Source: Rhizodiscina lignyota | Lineage: Eukaryota | DNA length: 64,000 bases | Direction: 5' to 3' | Assembly: GCA_010015805.1 (NCBI GenBank) | Contig: ML978127.1 | Location: forward strand, 434,001-498,000 | Shown: positions 14,425 to 25,995 of the stretch, one piece after another | Position numbering within the stretch: the first letter of the stretch is position 1 | How the letters are laid out: each line of letters begins with the position of its first letter | Notes under the pieces: model-generated | The model's input: only the letters and a program-made list of their open reading frames with translations | What the model was told of the DNA's origin: nothing | The model's database searches: none | Translations under genes and position numbers: made by a program

Positions 14425-16798
14425 ATGGCCGATGAAATTAGATTCGTTCGTCTTATATCAGACAGCGGTGACGAACTCAATCCAGAGCCATCGATGTCAT
14501 CGATAGAGGAGAGAAGGTCGGACTCATCCTCATACGACTGCTTCGAGCCCTCTTTCGGCACGCATCGAAGGGGGCTCGAAATCCCAGCTGTGAAAGAATT
14601 CAAGATCCGCTCCAGCACCTCCGTTGCAAGAGAACCACAAGCTCCGTCTACCAGTACGGCAGATATAGCGTTCTTCTTGAAGCACACTGGGCCTCCTTCT
14701 GGCCACAATGCGCATGAGGCTGAGAGCGCTCCGAAAGCTGCAAAGACCAAAAGTAGTTTGGCATTATTCAAGCGCCGCAAGGGTGGCGAAAGTGGTTCAG
14801 CAAGGAGGTGAGCAACCCGGTCACGTTTATGAAGCTAGTCACTGATTTATGGAACAGCAAATCGAATTCAATTCAAAACCGAGATAGTCGTATTACATCA
14901 GGCTCCCTCAAAGTAGTCGAGAAGACGTCAACTACAGGTATGCCAAGAAGGTCTCAGCTCACTAGAAACTGCTAACGAGGTAATTACAGGCAAGAAATAT
15001 TATCAAATTATGCCAACAGATGAATATCCAGACCTTCACAGCATGTATTATGGCACGTAAGTTCATTGCGAACGGTCAGGCCTTTCAGTTGTTAATCAGC
15101 TTCAGCCATCGGCAAAATACATCTCGCCTCTCTACTCCTTTCTCCGAGCGCACAGCGACTGTCAACACCGACGCTCTCGATTCGTGGATCGCAAATCTTG
15201 GAACCTCAAGGTGGCAGAATGATACGCACCAACGGCCTAACCGCTTACGATCCATGGACACTGCGAGAGCTAGCAGTAGGCTCCTTGGAAAGGATGACAA
15301 TATCCTCTCATCCAGCGACTGGGTACTACCAGAGACTTCTTGGGCAGTCAAGGTTTTGGAGGAAGAAAAGTTAAGACAGGCTCGCGACAAGGACATACAA
15401 GGTCGCGAACTCTGTCAAGTTCAAACTTCATCCTCGGTTCCAGATGAGCGACTTTCTATTGAATTGCCGGACGAGCGACGGATGTCTTTTGTCAAGGTGA
15501 TGGATGCTGCTTTGAAGGACTTTTCGGTCGACGCCTCCTCGCATCAACGGAATAGCAATACCGCGGACCGTCTATTGCCGGTCAACGAGTATAAACCGCT
15601 TTCAGCTCACCACAAACTGACCGACTTCGCTGAGGCCCCAGAAGCTGCTTTATCTAGTGCTTCTACAACGGACACAGCATGCCAGCGTCGAGAAGAGGCG
15701 GGTCAAGGTGCCATCTTCAATACGCGGACAAGCCGAGAGGAGAAAGCACGAACTCGTAAGATTCGAGATTTGAATCAGGCCAAAAGAGATGGCAAAGATG
15801 CAAGGGTTGTCGTCGAAGTTGAGCCAAAAGTACGATTGGAGGCACTGACGCTCACAGACTGGCAGACTATGAAAGATGATCACCGTGATATGCGGTTGGC
15901 CACCTTACCATCGAACCTCCGACCCAATTCGTCACAGCATAAACCGTCTACTGTTTCACAAGAAGCTCGGACCGAAGGCACATTTACCGATGCTGAAATT
16001 GCAGGCCTTCCGCATACTCAGAGCCTTAAAGGGCCTGTTGAAAAGGGCAGACGTGCGCGAAGACCTCCCAGACTAGTGCTACCTGCTCGGATCGCTTCGC
16101 AACAGCTTGCCATTGCTGTCGGTGATGGCACAAAGACCGGAGTAGAGGCCAGAGCCTCGAAGATTCCCGAAGAAGAAGAAGCACCTGTGACCCAACTGGA
16201 TAACTCAAACAGCAACAGACCCTTCGATTCGCGCGAGTTGACAAAAGAGCCACGAGACTCTACGGACCGAGTCTCCAATGTTCCACGGAAAGGGCTGCTG
16301 GATCACTGGGAATCCGCCGCACAAGTTCCCGTACGACACGTTTCAGTGCCCACCGGTCCACCTAGCAGTTCGCAGGTTGTGGGCGAGGCTACGACAATGC
16401 GGCGAGCGCTAACTGCCCCGAACAGGACCTTGATGCGTCAGTCTGCTGAAATAGTCGATACTGCAGATTCTACACAGCTGACCTTGCGCCTTGGTCAGTT
16501 TCCCGCGCCGCCAATCCAAATGCAGCGCTCGAGTATCGGCTCCTCGCTCACCTCAGCATCCAAAGAGACACGTCTTGAGGCACGGGTGGAATCACTGGAA
16601 CGGGAAAACAAGTTACTTGAAGCGGCGCTAATGGCTGTGTTAAAGACGGGTGGGAAGCTCAATGGATGTCCTTGTAGTCTTGCAAAAGGTAAGGACGAGG
16701 AGCAGGAGCATTATAGGGGTATGGCAAGAAAAAGGAAGGGTCCACTAAGCATGTACTTGGAGACTAGATCTATACTCGACTCACCAAGCATAAAGTAG
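14425..16798 (+). CDS. Fungal hypothetical protein with C-terminal coiled coil (introns 14808-14857, 14938-14989, 15057-15105)
   Basis: Three canonical introns join the ORFs in frame. Contains FFLKHTGPP and a C-terminal heptad LEARVESLERENKLLEAALMAVL. Confidence 0.7.
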
Positions 16799-17060
16799 GG
16801 CAGGAGGAGCATCATGTTCGGCACAGATTGAAGACAAAGTGTAATGAAATCACGAGTCAACGAGAGTATTCAATTGAGTAAGACGATTGATTTGAACCTA
16901 TCCAATGTGTAGCAGAGTCCGTTCTGCTCGTCGTATCTTATAGAAACAGTTTTGAAAGTCTTCTATTGAGACTTTGTGCGTCTCTTCCTCCGCCCTTACA
17001 AGTCCGTAACGTGGGTGCAGTCGACACCCTCCGTCTCTTCGCCAGTCACGGGATCTGAGC

Positions 17061-18026
17061 TTAAGTGTAATCTCTTTGTACATCAATGCCAAGAATTTGT
17101 AGAGCCTTACCATTTCCCCTCAAGTTCAAGCCCTGCAGCTGCTCGCTGAGAGCCTCCACCTCCCACGGACGAGGCAGTGTCTCAAGGTTCGGGCGTGGGT
17201 GGAGCTGTGCGTCGGTGAAGGTTTTGCGGAGTCCCTCCATCTCGATGTACCGGTCGTTGTCCTTTAGCTGCTGCAGCACCACACGGCTGATGTGCTCGTA
17301 CTCTTCGCCGATGTAGTATTCGCGGCCTTCGATCGACTGCTCGCGGAATGTCTCGTAGAATGCCCTGAACTTCTCTTCCGTTATCTGATTGAGGAGGTGC
17401 GCCGCATCCGGGGGAAGACCGTTCTGCAGCATCTTGTCGAGACCCTCGCGCGCCTTGGTTGCAGCCTCATGATCCTCCTCGGTCTTGACCGGCTTCAACT
17501 TTGCATGGTAGTAGAGGCGCTTCAGCTCCATACCTTCCCCGCCTCTCAAGTACTTCATGAACTGGGGGTTGAGCACATGCTGGCAATAGTATGTGAGGGC
17601 CTCCGCGTGAAACGCGTCGAGTGGAGCCTCATCAACACGAGCCACGAGCACTGGACCGTGTTTGGTCATCCAGTTGTACGTAGTGTTGCCGAAGGGCGGA
17701 GTGGTCTTGTCGACGTGGTGACCGATGATCGTGTGCAAGTAGGCGGCCTCGCGGTTAGTGTGAAAGGCTTGCGGGAGGCCATACTCCAGCTCGCCGCAGT
17801 CGCGAGGCTCAACGCGAAAGGTGCGCACCGGAATGCCGAGGATATCGGTGAGAGGGCAGGTTCCGACGGCCTCGAGATCGGGGGAGGTGAAGATCGGGTG
17901 GAGAGGGTGGAGGAGGACGTTCTGGAATTTCGGGATTTTGAGCACGCTGACTTCCGTGTCGCTGTTGATGCGCACAGCTTTGATCTGGCCAAAGGCGATA
18001 GAAGACGCGCTTGCTAGAGCAGCCAT
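17061..18026 (-). CDS. Hypothetical protein (321 aa)
   Basis: Long ORF with strong coding-like GC3 bias and ATC ATG G start context. Core GPVLVARVD...HAEALTYYC resembles uncharacterised fungal proteins (recognition from memory only). Confidence 0.7.
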   Translation of the reverse strand: MAALASASSIAFGQIKAVRINSDTEVSVLKIPKFQNVLLHPLHPIFTSPDLEAVGTCPLTDILGIPVRTFRVEPRDCGELEYGLPQAFHTNREAAYLHTIIGHHVDKTTPPFGNTTYNWMTKHGPVLVARVDEAPLDAFHAEALTYYCQHVLNPQFMKYLRGGEGMELKRLYYHAKLKPVKTEEDHEAATKAREGLDKMLQNGLPPDAAHLLNQITEEKFRAFYETFREQSIEGREYYIGEEYEHISRVVLQQLKDNDRYIEMEGLRKTFTDAQLHPRPNLETLPRPWEVEALSEQLQGLNLRGNGKALQILGIDVQRDYT

Positions 18027-18393
18027 GATGAACGATGTGGAAGGTGTTGTTCGTGTGCTGAGTGGGGTGGAGAAGAAAGAAGATTTTTCAACTTAAAACT
18101 GAAGAGGGCGGGTAGTGTTTATACTTTGTGACAATTGACAGTGAAGCGCACGATGGCAAAAACTGGAGCCTAGGAGCGAGTGAAAAGCCACGAAGTAAGA
18201 ACGAGAGTTCAAAGTTTTGCAAGGTTTCAATTCACTCGCCGCCTCTGTAATTCACTGCTTGAGGCCAATTCATTTGACCATCCAAGACGAACGCCTGGCA
18301 CGTTGTCCCAGTGACAGGAAATGACGAAGCAAGAAAACGCGATATCCTTCGCTATGCATCCAACACAATGCGGAGATGCCTGGTAACGCTCTC

Positions 18394-18410
18394 AAAAAAA
18401 AAAAAAAAAA
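18394..18410. repeat. Poly(A) homopolymer (17 nt)
   Basis: Run of A between ctc and gatgacg, downstream of the Nup53-like stop codon. Confidence 0.85.
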
Positions 18411-18454
18411 GATGACGCTCCTTCTCTTCCACGACGTAAAATTAAAGTGCAAAC

Positions 18455-19973
18455 CTAATCCTCAAATCCACCCTTCAACCCACAAGTGTCCCAGCCCATC
18501 CACTGATCAACGACAAACCAGAATTTCCACCACACGCTCGCCTTGTCCTGGTCAAATGCGCCATCCTCCTTCCTTGGAATGCTCCCACCAATCAGTTCAC
18601 CTCCGCCGCTCAGGATCCAGCCAATCACGGGTATTTTTGATACTGTGCGCTGCCACAGTGAAGCAGCTGGCAGGAGAGCCTGTTCTGCAGGTAGCAGGAT
18701 AGCTCGCTTTGCGCCACGAATACGGAGCGTCGGTGGATCTGCTGCGTCAGCAGCAAAACCTGTTGACTGTGCCTGCGCCATATGTTGTTGCTGGCGAGGT
18801 GACACCGGGCCTGCAGAGGCTGGCTGAGGAACCGAGACCGACGTGGGAGCCGTAGCAGTCGCTGATGAAGCTGTGCCTGAAGGGGTCGGGGAGCCATTCG
18901 GCAAGCCATTGAGTGTGTGCGATGAGCCCTGTGAGGGGCTGGCCGTTGCGCTTTGGATGGCTTCTTGTGTTGCCGGGATTGGTACGTCCTCTCGATTGTA
19001 GAATCCTCTGTAGAGCTCGGCGTATGCTAGATAGCCCTTCAGTATGTGAGGACTGGCGAGAACAGCTCGATCGGCGGATTCTTGACTGTCAAATGTGACC
19101 TTGATCCAGTTGTCACCCCCCGCATAGCGATTCTTCTTCCGTAACGCATCGTCGGAAAGAGATCGATGTCCTGCAAATGAGCCAGCGTGGGAGAGAGTGT
19201 GGAATCGCTGAGTTGGCGCATCGCGTGCATACTCTTCGTAAAAGCAGCCACCAGAAGCGCGCTCATAGAAAGACAGCGCTGCATATTGTTGTACAGTAGG
19301 GATTCCATAGATGACGACTTCCGTGGGAGTCCCTGCTGGGACGCCCTGCGCCGGTGGTAGATTCTCAGGTGCCGTAGCTGTAGGTTCGGAAGATGGTGCC
19401 TGAGCTAAGGCTCCACCCATCGATGTGTTACGATCACGCAACGGAGTTTGCTTCAGAGTACGCTCCTTGAGGTTGCTGATAGCGGCATCCATTGCCTTGA
19501 GGTTCTCGTTGGCATCCTTGTCGGCCTGAGTGCGTGATGGAGTGGTCGTCCTGCTCCGGGAGAGGCCTCTCCGGCGCATGGACTTGCCAAAGGGACCTTT
19601 TTCCTGCGCTCGTTCGGTACGGTCGGGACTGCAAAGGACATTAGCAAATGCCTCATCTGATCAAAGAAGGGCCAAGCGAAAGCTGACGGAATGTCTGCCT
19701 GGGGAGTGTCTGGGCATATAAAACTCGGCCGCGGAGAGCATGCTGCGGTGCGCACAGATGCTGAAGGGAACGCACGGTCAATCATGGAGGCAGAGAACGG
19801 GTCGGCCATCTCGATTGCGTATTGCGTGGAGGTTCAGAGGGGGGTGCATTGCAGAAGGAGGATACTCACTCATCGTATTCAACAGCCCACGGCAGTCTGC
19901 GGCCCACTGAATCGATTGCTCTTTCCGCCTCCGGTACAGAGTGCACCTGCATTCCTTGACGAAACGAGTTCAT
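18455..19973 (-). CDS. Nup53/Nup35/Nup40-type nucleoporin with MPPN RRM domain (intron 19629-19869)
   Basis: RRM-type segment EVVIYG...GGDNWIKVTFDS and a Trp-rich amphipathic C-terminus. Exon 1 (MNSFRQGMQVHSVPEAERAIDSVGRRLPWAVEYD) splices via GTGAGT...GCTAAT...TGCAG in frame to PDRTERAQEKGPFGKS. Confidence 0.75.
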
Positions 19974-20722
19974 TGTGAAAGGCGCCTTCCACCTCTGCTC
20001 TCCACCAGATCTTGACAGCCCTTGCCGATTCTATCTGTTGCGTCGATGGCTTTACCACTTCAAGATCACTGTCTATCCAAGTGTAGGGAAGTGCTGTCCT
20101 GGACAGATGCCTTATGCCCCGCGAATGTTGTGAACTTGTATCGGTATGTTTCGAGACGTGCTGATGAGAGTAGAAAGACGTGAACAACTCTTTTGAAGAG
20201 AGTCGATCTTTGTGGTTTGCACACGGCAGGCTCGAACGGCAGGATCGAAGGTGCGGACAGGTTTCACAGGTAGCTTTAGAGGAGGAGCTTTCGCAGTTGG
20301 GTTCTGGAGTTTGAAGGAAAGGTTTCCTGAGGAACGTCGTGAGAAGAGTGCTCTTAGAACATTTCGTGTTTACTGCTGTTTGCGATGTCCAGGACTTGCG
20401 CGCGCACCCCTGAAGCAATGCGCTCGAATATGATTGGTCCGAATCCCGGCATCGGCCCGGCATATCTCCGCGCTAAGTCTTTCGTCTCCTCAGTCCAGGG
20501 AGTCTCCTTCAATGCGAACTATGGACAATTCCCCATTGTCAACTCTACGCCTTGTTACCCTTTGTTCATGCACAGCAACAATGGTGTGTTGTGAGCATAC
20601 TCATATCACATCGAAAACAAAGAGTCCGATGCATATTATGGCTGGTCCCGATTGACAGTGTGACCGTCGTTCAATTATCTCTATCAACATATGCAACCAC
20701 CCCGTTCTGCGTTCAGAAGACC

Positions 20723-21253
20723 ATGTACCAGTTCCCTTCAACATTATCCCTCTTCGGCATCTCCATAGGCTATCCCGCCATCGTGTTTGTTCTCGTCGTT
20801 TCAGCCATCGCATTGAAAGTCCATTTGCTTAGACGAGCTGCGACTAATAAGAGTGCTGCTGTTGCTGATAAAAGCCCCGTCGTTCACAACACACCTGACA
20901 ACGAAGTTCACTTGAATCTTCTGTGTGCGCAGCAGGTAACGCTACACCTACAGTCTACTTTAGGTCCTATACAGATGGCACCTGGCCCTTTCTACAATCT
21001 CCCTGCCTGCAGTCGGGCGGCAATGTTCCACGAATCAATCGAGCTTTTCCACAAGATGCGTATCGACAACGGAACACACGCTTACGAAGTGGAAGATGCA
21101 GTAATTGACCTCCTTGACGCGAAATACTCAATCGGGGAACGTGTATGGCTCACTAATAGCTTTCACAGACTCTCCGCAAAGCAAAATTCCATCGAGATTA
21201 AGAATGTCCAGGAGCTATACGATGGCTTGGTCCGTCGACATGGTGAGAGGTAA
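20723..21253 (+). CDS. Orphan protein with N-terminal hydrophobic anchor
   Basis: ACC ATG start; hydrophobic ISIGYPAIVFVLVVSAIAL followed by basic residues; 176 aa. May have a further 3' exon (GTAAGA donor at the end). Confidence 0.45.
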   Translation: MYQFPSTLSLFGISIGYPAIVFVLVVSAIALKVHLLRRAATNKSAAVADKSPVVHNTPDNEVHLNLLCAQQVTLHLQSTLGPIQMAPGPFYNLPACSRAAMFHESIELFHKMRIDNGTHAYEVEDAVIDLLDAKYSIGERVWLTNSFHRLSAKQNSIEIKNVQELYDGLVRRHGER

Positions 21254-21867
21254 GACAGACCTGCGAAAGACTGAAACTATCCTAAGTAAGTCTATTTCCA
21301 TTCACAAATCATGAAACGTTTCAATTTGCCGGCTTTACTATTTCTCATAGCTGTGCCAATGAAGTCAACAATCCTAAATCTTCAGTTCTATTAATAGCTC
21401 TCTTTGTGTCGGCAGACCCTCATCTTTCGTTGAAAGATCTTGCCCAACGGTGTTGCTAAACCCCGATGTGTCTCTTTGTTTTCAAACAAGCGCTTTCATT
21501 CCGCTGTTCAAACCATGAGTCTCACACAAAGGTACATCGCGAAGCCATCAGCCTCCACCTTTGGACCGTCTCAGATCTGCCATTGTACTTATATCGATTC
21601 GATATCCACGGCTGCGGATCGGATGCAGTCCCTATCTCACTCTATCATCGACTTTCACCTCAGGGAGTGCCGCTCATTTGGATTTTCTGTACAATCTCAA
21701 TTCGAGTTTTGTTGCATGCTTACTTTTAATGGGAGTTACGGCCTCTATTGAAGGACACACTAATTACATACCTGACACGGACCGCAACATCTCCAAAATA
21801 CCTTCGATTCCGCCCAATTCCGCCAGCGGCCGATCGTAGGACTGACTAAAACAGACTGCTTTTAAGC

Positions 21868-22245
21868 TTGAGAGGCATTCCTTCCCCTTTTCGATCTCCT
21901 TGTCCTATTCTCTGTGGAATCACAGTCGCTATGATCTCTGGACTTGTATCCGGCATCCTCGCAAAGCGTCGAGCATCCAAACCCTCCTTTCCTTCAAAGA
22001 CTTCAAAGGGCGTAGAGGCTTCACAATATGCCTACCAACGAGAAGCACACGTCCACCCACCTCCATACTCCGCAGAAAATGAAAAATCGCATGGCGTGGA
22101 GCCTCCTTCATCTGCAGCAATCTTTGATGGCCGATATCCGTACAAGCCGGATTTTCCTTTCGAACAGCTATTGCCACTCAGACAACTTCCACCCAGATCA
22201 TGGTGGCAGCCTGCATCCGCGTCTGAGGGTTGGTGGGGAATGTAG
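21868..22245 (+). CDS. Orphan small membrane protein with PPPY motif (5' end uncertain)
   Basis: Hydrophobic ILCGITVAMISGLVSGIL followed by AKRR, then HPPPYS. First ATG (21931) lies inside the hydrophobic stretch, so an upstream exon is possible. Confidence 0.35.
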   Translation: MRGIPSPFRSPCPILCGITVAMISGLVSGILAKRRASKPSFPSKTSKGVEASQYAYQREAHVHPPPYSAENEKSHGVEPPSSAAIFDGRYPYKPDFPFEQLLPLRQLPPRSWWQPASASEGWWGM

Positions 22246-22880
22246 CTCAGGATGAGGGTATACCATGTATTCCAAGAAGGGACTTGATTCCCACTAGCGC
22301 TCTCAGACTCGTACGTGCATTTATTCAAATATTGATCACAAGGCTGCTTGTGATACATTCTAATGGCATTCCAGCTCCTTATATATTCATAAACTCGCTC
22401 ACCTTTTAGTTATATCATCCGTGTTTTAACGGATCAATATACACATACTTGACATCATATTCCACAACTACAGCAGGCTTGTTCGCCAGTAATCAACACA
22501 ACGTTAAGAGGTACGAAGCTCTTTTGGCTCGCAGATACGCCCGTTTTCTCCGTGTCTACCGCTCTGGGCCTGCTATATGGTACAAAATGGGCAAAGCTGG
22601 AACAAAGCCACACAATGACGTTGTGTCCGAACGGATCACCAACTCTCTTTGACTTCACAATACACGCTACAGGAATATATATATCTGTATCTCTCTCTCT
22701 CACTCACTCACATTCGTTCTCTGGTCGTACCATCGTCGTTTCAGCAGTGTTACTGACATAGAAGTACCACACTACAACCGAGGTTCTGCAGATTCAACAT
22801 CCATCACTACGACTTGCTCGACCAACCTCACGGCTGCACCTGTCATAAGCAACTTTCAACTTCATTCCATACACAATAAT

Positions 22881-24287
22881 ATGGCCATCTCTTCTCCTAC
22901 GGTTATACCTAGTCTGGTCGTCACGACACTGGTGATAACTGTCTTTCCTTCCGATGTACCCTCGTCAACGGCGGCCCCAAGTTCAACACATTCTGCAAGG
23001 ACCTCTCCCTCCGCTCGCCCAACTACCATCTCCACGCATTATTCGAAAACCTCTATCTCTACTCGCCCAACTAGCGTTTCCACATCTAAGCATGTCGCAA
23101 CAGCTACCAGCACAGGTGTGAGCGCGTCCAAACAGGCCAGTCCAGTCGAACATTCTTATAACAGCAGCGGCGGGCCTCTTGTGACTAGCTTTCTGGTTGT
23201 TTTTGCCGTGTTCTTTGTCCTGTTTGGCACAGTAGCCATTCGCAGTGGTTACATCCTTGCGCGAGAGAATGATCCGGACTTTCCTCAGGAGAGGAAAGCC
23301 AGGGGATACAAGCCGCCGTTTCCATCACGTCCGGCGAAGAACTCTGCTCGCTATAAGAGGGAGCTCGTAAAGTTTTACATAGCCAATGTCATCGAATGGC
23401 CGGGTATCCAGTTATACCATTTTGTAAAGCTCTTGAAGAAATCCAAGGTTGGGAGCTCGTTCCACGATGGGTGGTACAAAACAAGAGCTACCGTGAGGAG
23501 CCATATCAATAGTCGGTTTCCCACATCCGCTGCACAGCGATTAGGCTCCGTAGACACACGACCAGTCTACGGTGACCGCCGGAGAGATCCTCATCGACCT
23601 GCAACGAGCCTTTCCGGTGTGACAGTGTGGCCAGGTGACCCCACAGCTTTCCGCTCTAGGCAGCGTTCGCTGCCAAACAATGGTTTCCAGAATGTCCCCC
23701 TCTATGTTTCACAGGGCGAGCAGATTCCTCTGCAAGATTTTTCGTCGTCCCGGCCACGCCCAGGAACTATCACGGATCCAGGCCGTGATTCTTTCATCGG
23801 CCAGGGAGAATTTACTCTCCCTCCAATGAGGCCAGCTTCTTCGGTGTACTTCTGGAGTGATAACGACGAGCCTGGACACCTCCCAGCGCCGGCCCGGTCC
23901 CGAGGTGAGACTCTCTCTTACTTGGAGACGATGCGGATCTCGGTAATGAACAACCCCAGGAGTCTCTCTGCTTTCGACGACAATGAACTGTGGGACCTAC
24001 AGAGGGATCTTATGCAAAAGATGGTTGATGACGCCAAGCGATCAGGCCCTTCAAGAATGACGCAGAATGATTCCAACCGTCTTGCGGAAGTCAACATGGA
24101 GCTGGACAGAAGGCAGAATGCAGAAAATGACGAGCACCAGGAACCTAGTGATGACGAGTCTATCGACGATACACTTCACCCCTCTGACTCTGTATCTGTA
24201 GCGCGTTGGCCTCCAGTTCATAATCGCGCAGTTCCTAGGCCTACCTCTCTTAGAACCGAGGAGTCGCAGTTTGTTATTGGGGAGTAG
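22881..24287 (+). CDS. Ser/Thr-rich single-pass membrane protein of unknown function (468 aa)
   Basis: Uninterrupted ORF: S/T-rich N-terminus, TM segment LVTSFLVVFAVFFVLFGTVAI, long low-complexity tail. Confidence 0.65.
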   Translation: MAISSPTVIPSLVVTTLVITVFPSDVPSSTAAPSSTHSARTSPSARPTTISTHYSKTSISTRPTSVSTSKHVATATSTGVSASKQASPVEHSYNSSGGPLVTSFLVVFAVFFVLFGTVAIRSGYILARENDPDFPQERKARGYKPPFPSRPAKNSARYKRELVKFYIANVIEWPGIQLYHFVKLLKKSKVGSSFHDGWYKTRATVRSHINSRFPTSAAQRLGSVDTRPVYGDRRRDPHRPATSLSGVTVWPGDPTAFRSRQRSLPNNGFQNVPLYVSQGEQIPLQDFSSSRPRPGTITDPGRDSFIGQGEFTLPPMRPASSVYFWSDNDEPGHLPAPARSRGETLSYLETMRISVMNNPRSLSAFDDNELWDLQRDLMQKMVDDAKRSGPSRMTQNDSNRLAEVNMELDRRQNAENDEHQEPSDDESIDDTLHPSDSVSVARWPPVHNRAVPRPTSLRTEESQFVIGE

Positions 24288-24654
24288 CCGTATTCATCGG
24301 TTTATTTCTTGGTCGTATACTGATTGCTATAATGTCCGTCCCTACGTCGCGAGCCACCCTCCGTAGCGAGCCAATCTACAGATACTTAGTCTTTTGAGTC
24401 ACCTCGATTCCGTCCAAAAACCTGTATTTGTTTAATTCTATAGAACTCTGAAATGGTACCCGGCCGTCAGGGCCAAAAATTTACAGCTACACCATTGGTG
24501 CCAAGACCCTTCACTCTCCGCTCGCTCTAGACACCTTTTTGTTTCGCATCTAATGTCAAACCACTATAAAAAAAAAAGTCCAAGACACGCGCGGGGAGCT
24601 GCATAATTAGTTAAGAGCTACCTAGTTCTTTGCATTAAACATTAACAAGTGCGC

Positions 24655-25668
24655 TCAGAGCTCTCCCACCATGTGCGACCCTTCCCAGCCTACGAAGGAA
24701 ATCCCACCAAGCTTCGTATCCAGTAGATCAGTGCTGAGAATTTCTTTCTTTCTGGCCTTCAACTCATCTACATCCCAGTTCACCCATACGAATTTGCCCC
24801 TGAGAAAGTCGGCTTCGGAACTGGCCAGCCACAAGCAGAAGTGGCCAGACAAATTGACTGCTGCGCTATCAGTTTCGTCTTCTATAATGACCCAAGCGCT
24901 TGACAGTTTCATGGAGCGAGAGAAATGGAGCGAGCAAAGCAGTAAGGAGATTTCTGATAACTTACTGTGATCCATACCACCATGGCCGCTCTTGCGACTC
25001 ATGTCGGTGTCGACGAGGCCGGGGTGAACGTTGACGACGTGTAGCTCGGGATTTTCGAACGCTATGTAGTCGAATAACTTTGTCGCGGCGGCCTTGCTTG
25101 CAGCATAAGCAGACACACCAGCTTCCAGCGGTGGTATGTGGCTAATGCAAGTTGAGATGTGCAGAATATGCGCTCCTTCGACTGCGTATCTGACGAATCC
25201 TTTAACTGTGTATAGCGCTCCCAGAATGTTGGTGTTGAATGCGGTCCACCAGTCCTGCACATCGAAACCTGGGCTGAATACAGGGCGAGGAACTGGCAAA
25301 AACGCGGAGTTACAGACCAAGACATCGATCTTGCCAAAGGTTTGGCTAATCCTGAGGAAGGCATCATCGACCTGCTGCGCGTTGGTGATGTCGGCAAGCA
25401 CGACCAGAACTTCGGTGCCTAGGAATTCCTCTTCGATAGCATGTTTAGTCGCGACAAGCTTCCTCTCAGTCCGGCTGATAATAGCTATCTTAGTGCTTCC
25501 GCCGGCTGCAAAGGCCTTTGCGATGCTAGCGCCGATGCCACTGCCACCGCCGGTGATGACAACAGCCTTGCCTTTCACTGAGAGCTCAGGACGCGACGGT
25601 GATATGGCAGGGTATGATTCGCTATGCCACAGGTTTGTAAGAGATGGAAAAATGGAAGAAGAGGCCAT
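24655..25668 (-). CDS. Short-chain dehydrogenase/reductase (probable intron 24858-24965)
   Basis: TGGGSGIG Rossmann motif, YAASK catalytic motif, VNVHPG and C-terminal GKFVWVNWDVDEL. Confidence 0.92.
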   Translation of the reverse strand: MASSSIFPSLTNLWHSESYPAISPSRPELSVKGKAVVITGGGSGIGASIAKAFAAGGSTKIAIISRTERKLVATKHAIEEEFLGTEVLVVLADITNAQQVDDAFLRISQTFGKIDVLVCNSAFLPVPRPVFSPGFDVQDWWTAFNTNILGALYTVKGFVRYAVEGAHILHISTCISHIPPLEAGVSAYAASKAAATKLFDYIAFENPELHVVNVHPGLVDTDMSRKSGHGGMDHSKLSEISLLLCSLHFSRSMKLSSAWVIIEDETDSAAVNLSGHFCLWLASSEADFLRGKFVWVNWDVDELKARKKEILSTDLLDTKLGGISFVGWEGSHMVGEL

Positions 25669-25995
25669 GTCTGCGGCGGGTTGGGAGTTTGTTGAATGTA
25701 ATCGGTGTAGCTAAACACGCACAGTACTGGTAGACGTATTCAATGACCGCTGCCTCCTTTTAACTACCTTTTCTCCTGGCTTAGCCTTGAAGCCACTCTC
25801 AATCTATAGGCACGCATGACAAATCCTGTCCACCTGCTCCGTGGGACATCTCCGAAGACATTTGCTGCAAACCCCGAAAGGCAGAATTAATATTTCTCGG
25901 AACAACCCACGCGCTATTTCCCGTTATTATTAATTGGATCCCCATCTTACATATGTTGGTTAGCGCGTATCGCAATTATAATACAACTTGCTTCT

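Noticed and set aside
17292..18017. Long antisense ORFs over real genes (also 3045-3707, 3723-4415, 40458-41297)
   Set aside because: Shadow ORFs explained by codon bias of the sense-strand gene.
24335..24380. Direct repeat GCGAGCCA, reminiscent of a transposon end
   Set aside because: No matching inverted partner or transposase remnant found in the window.
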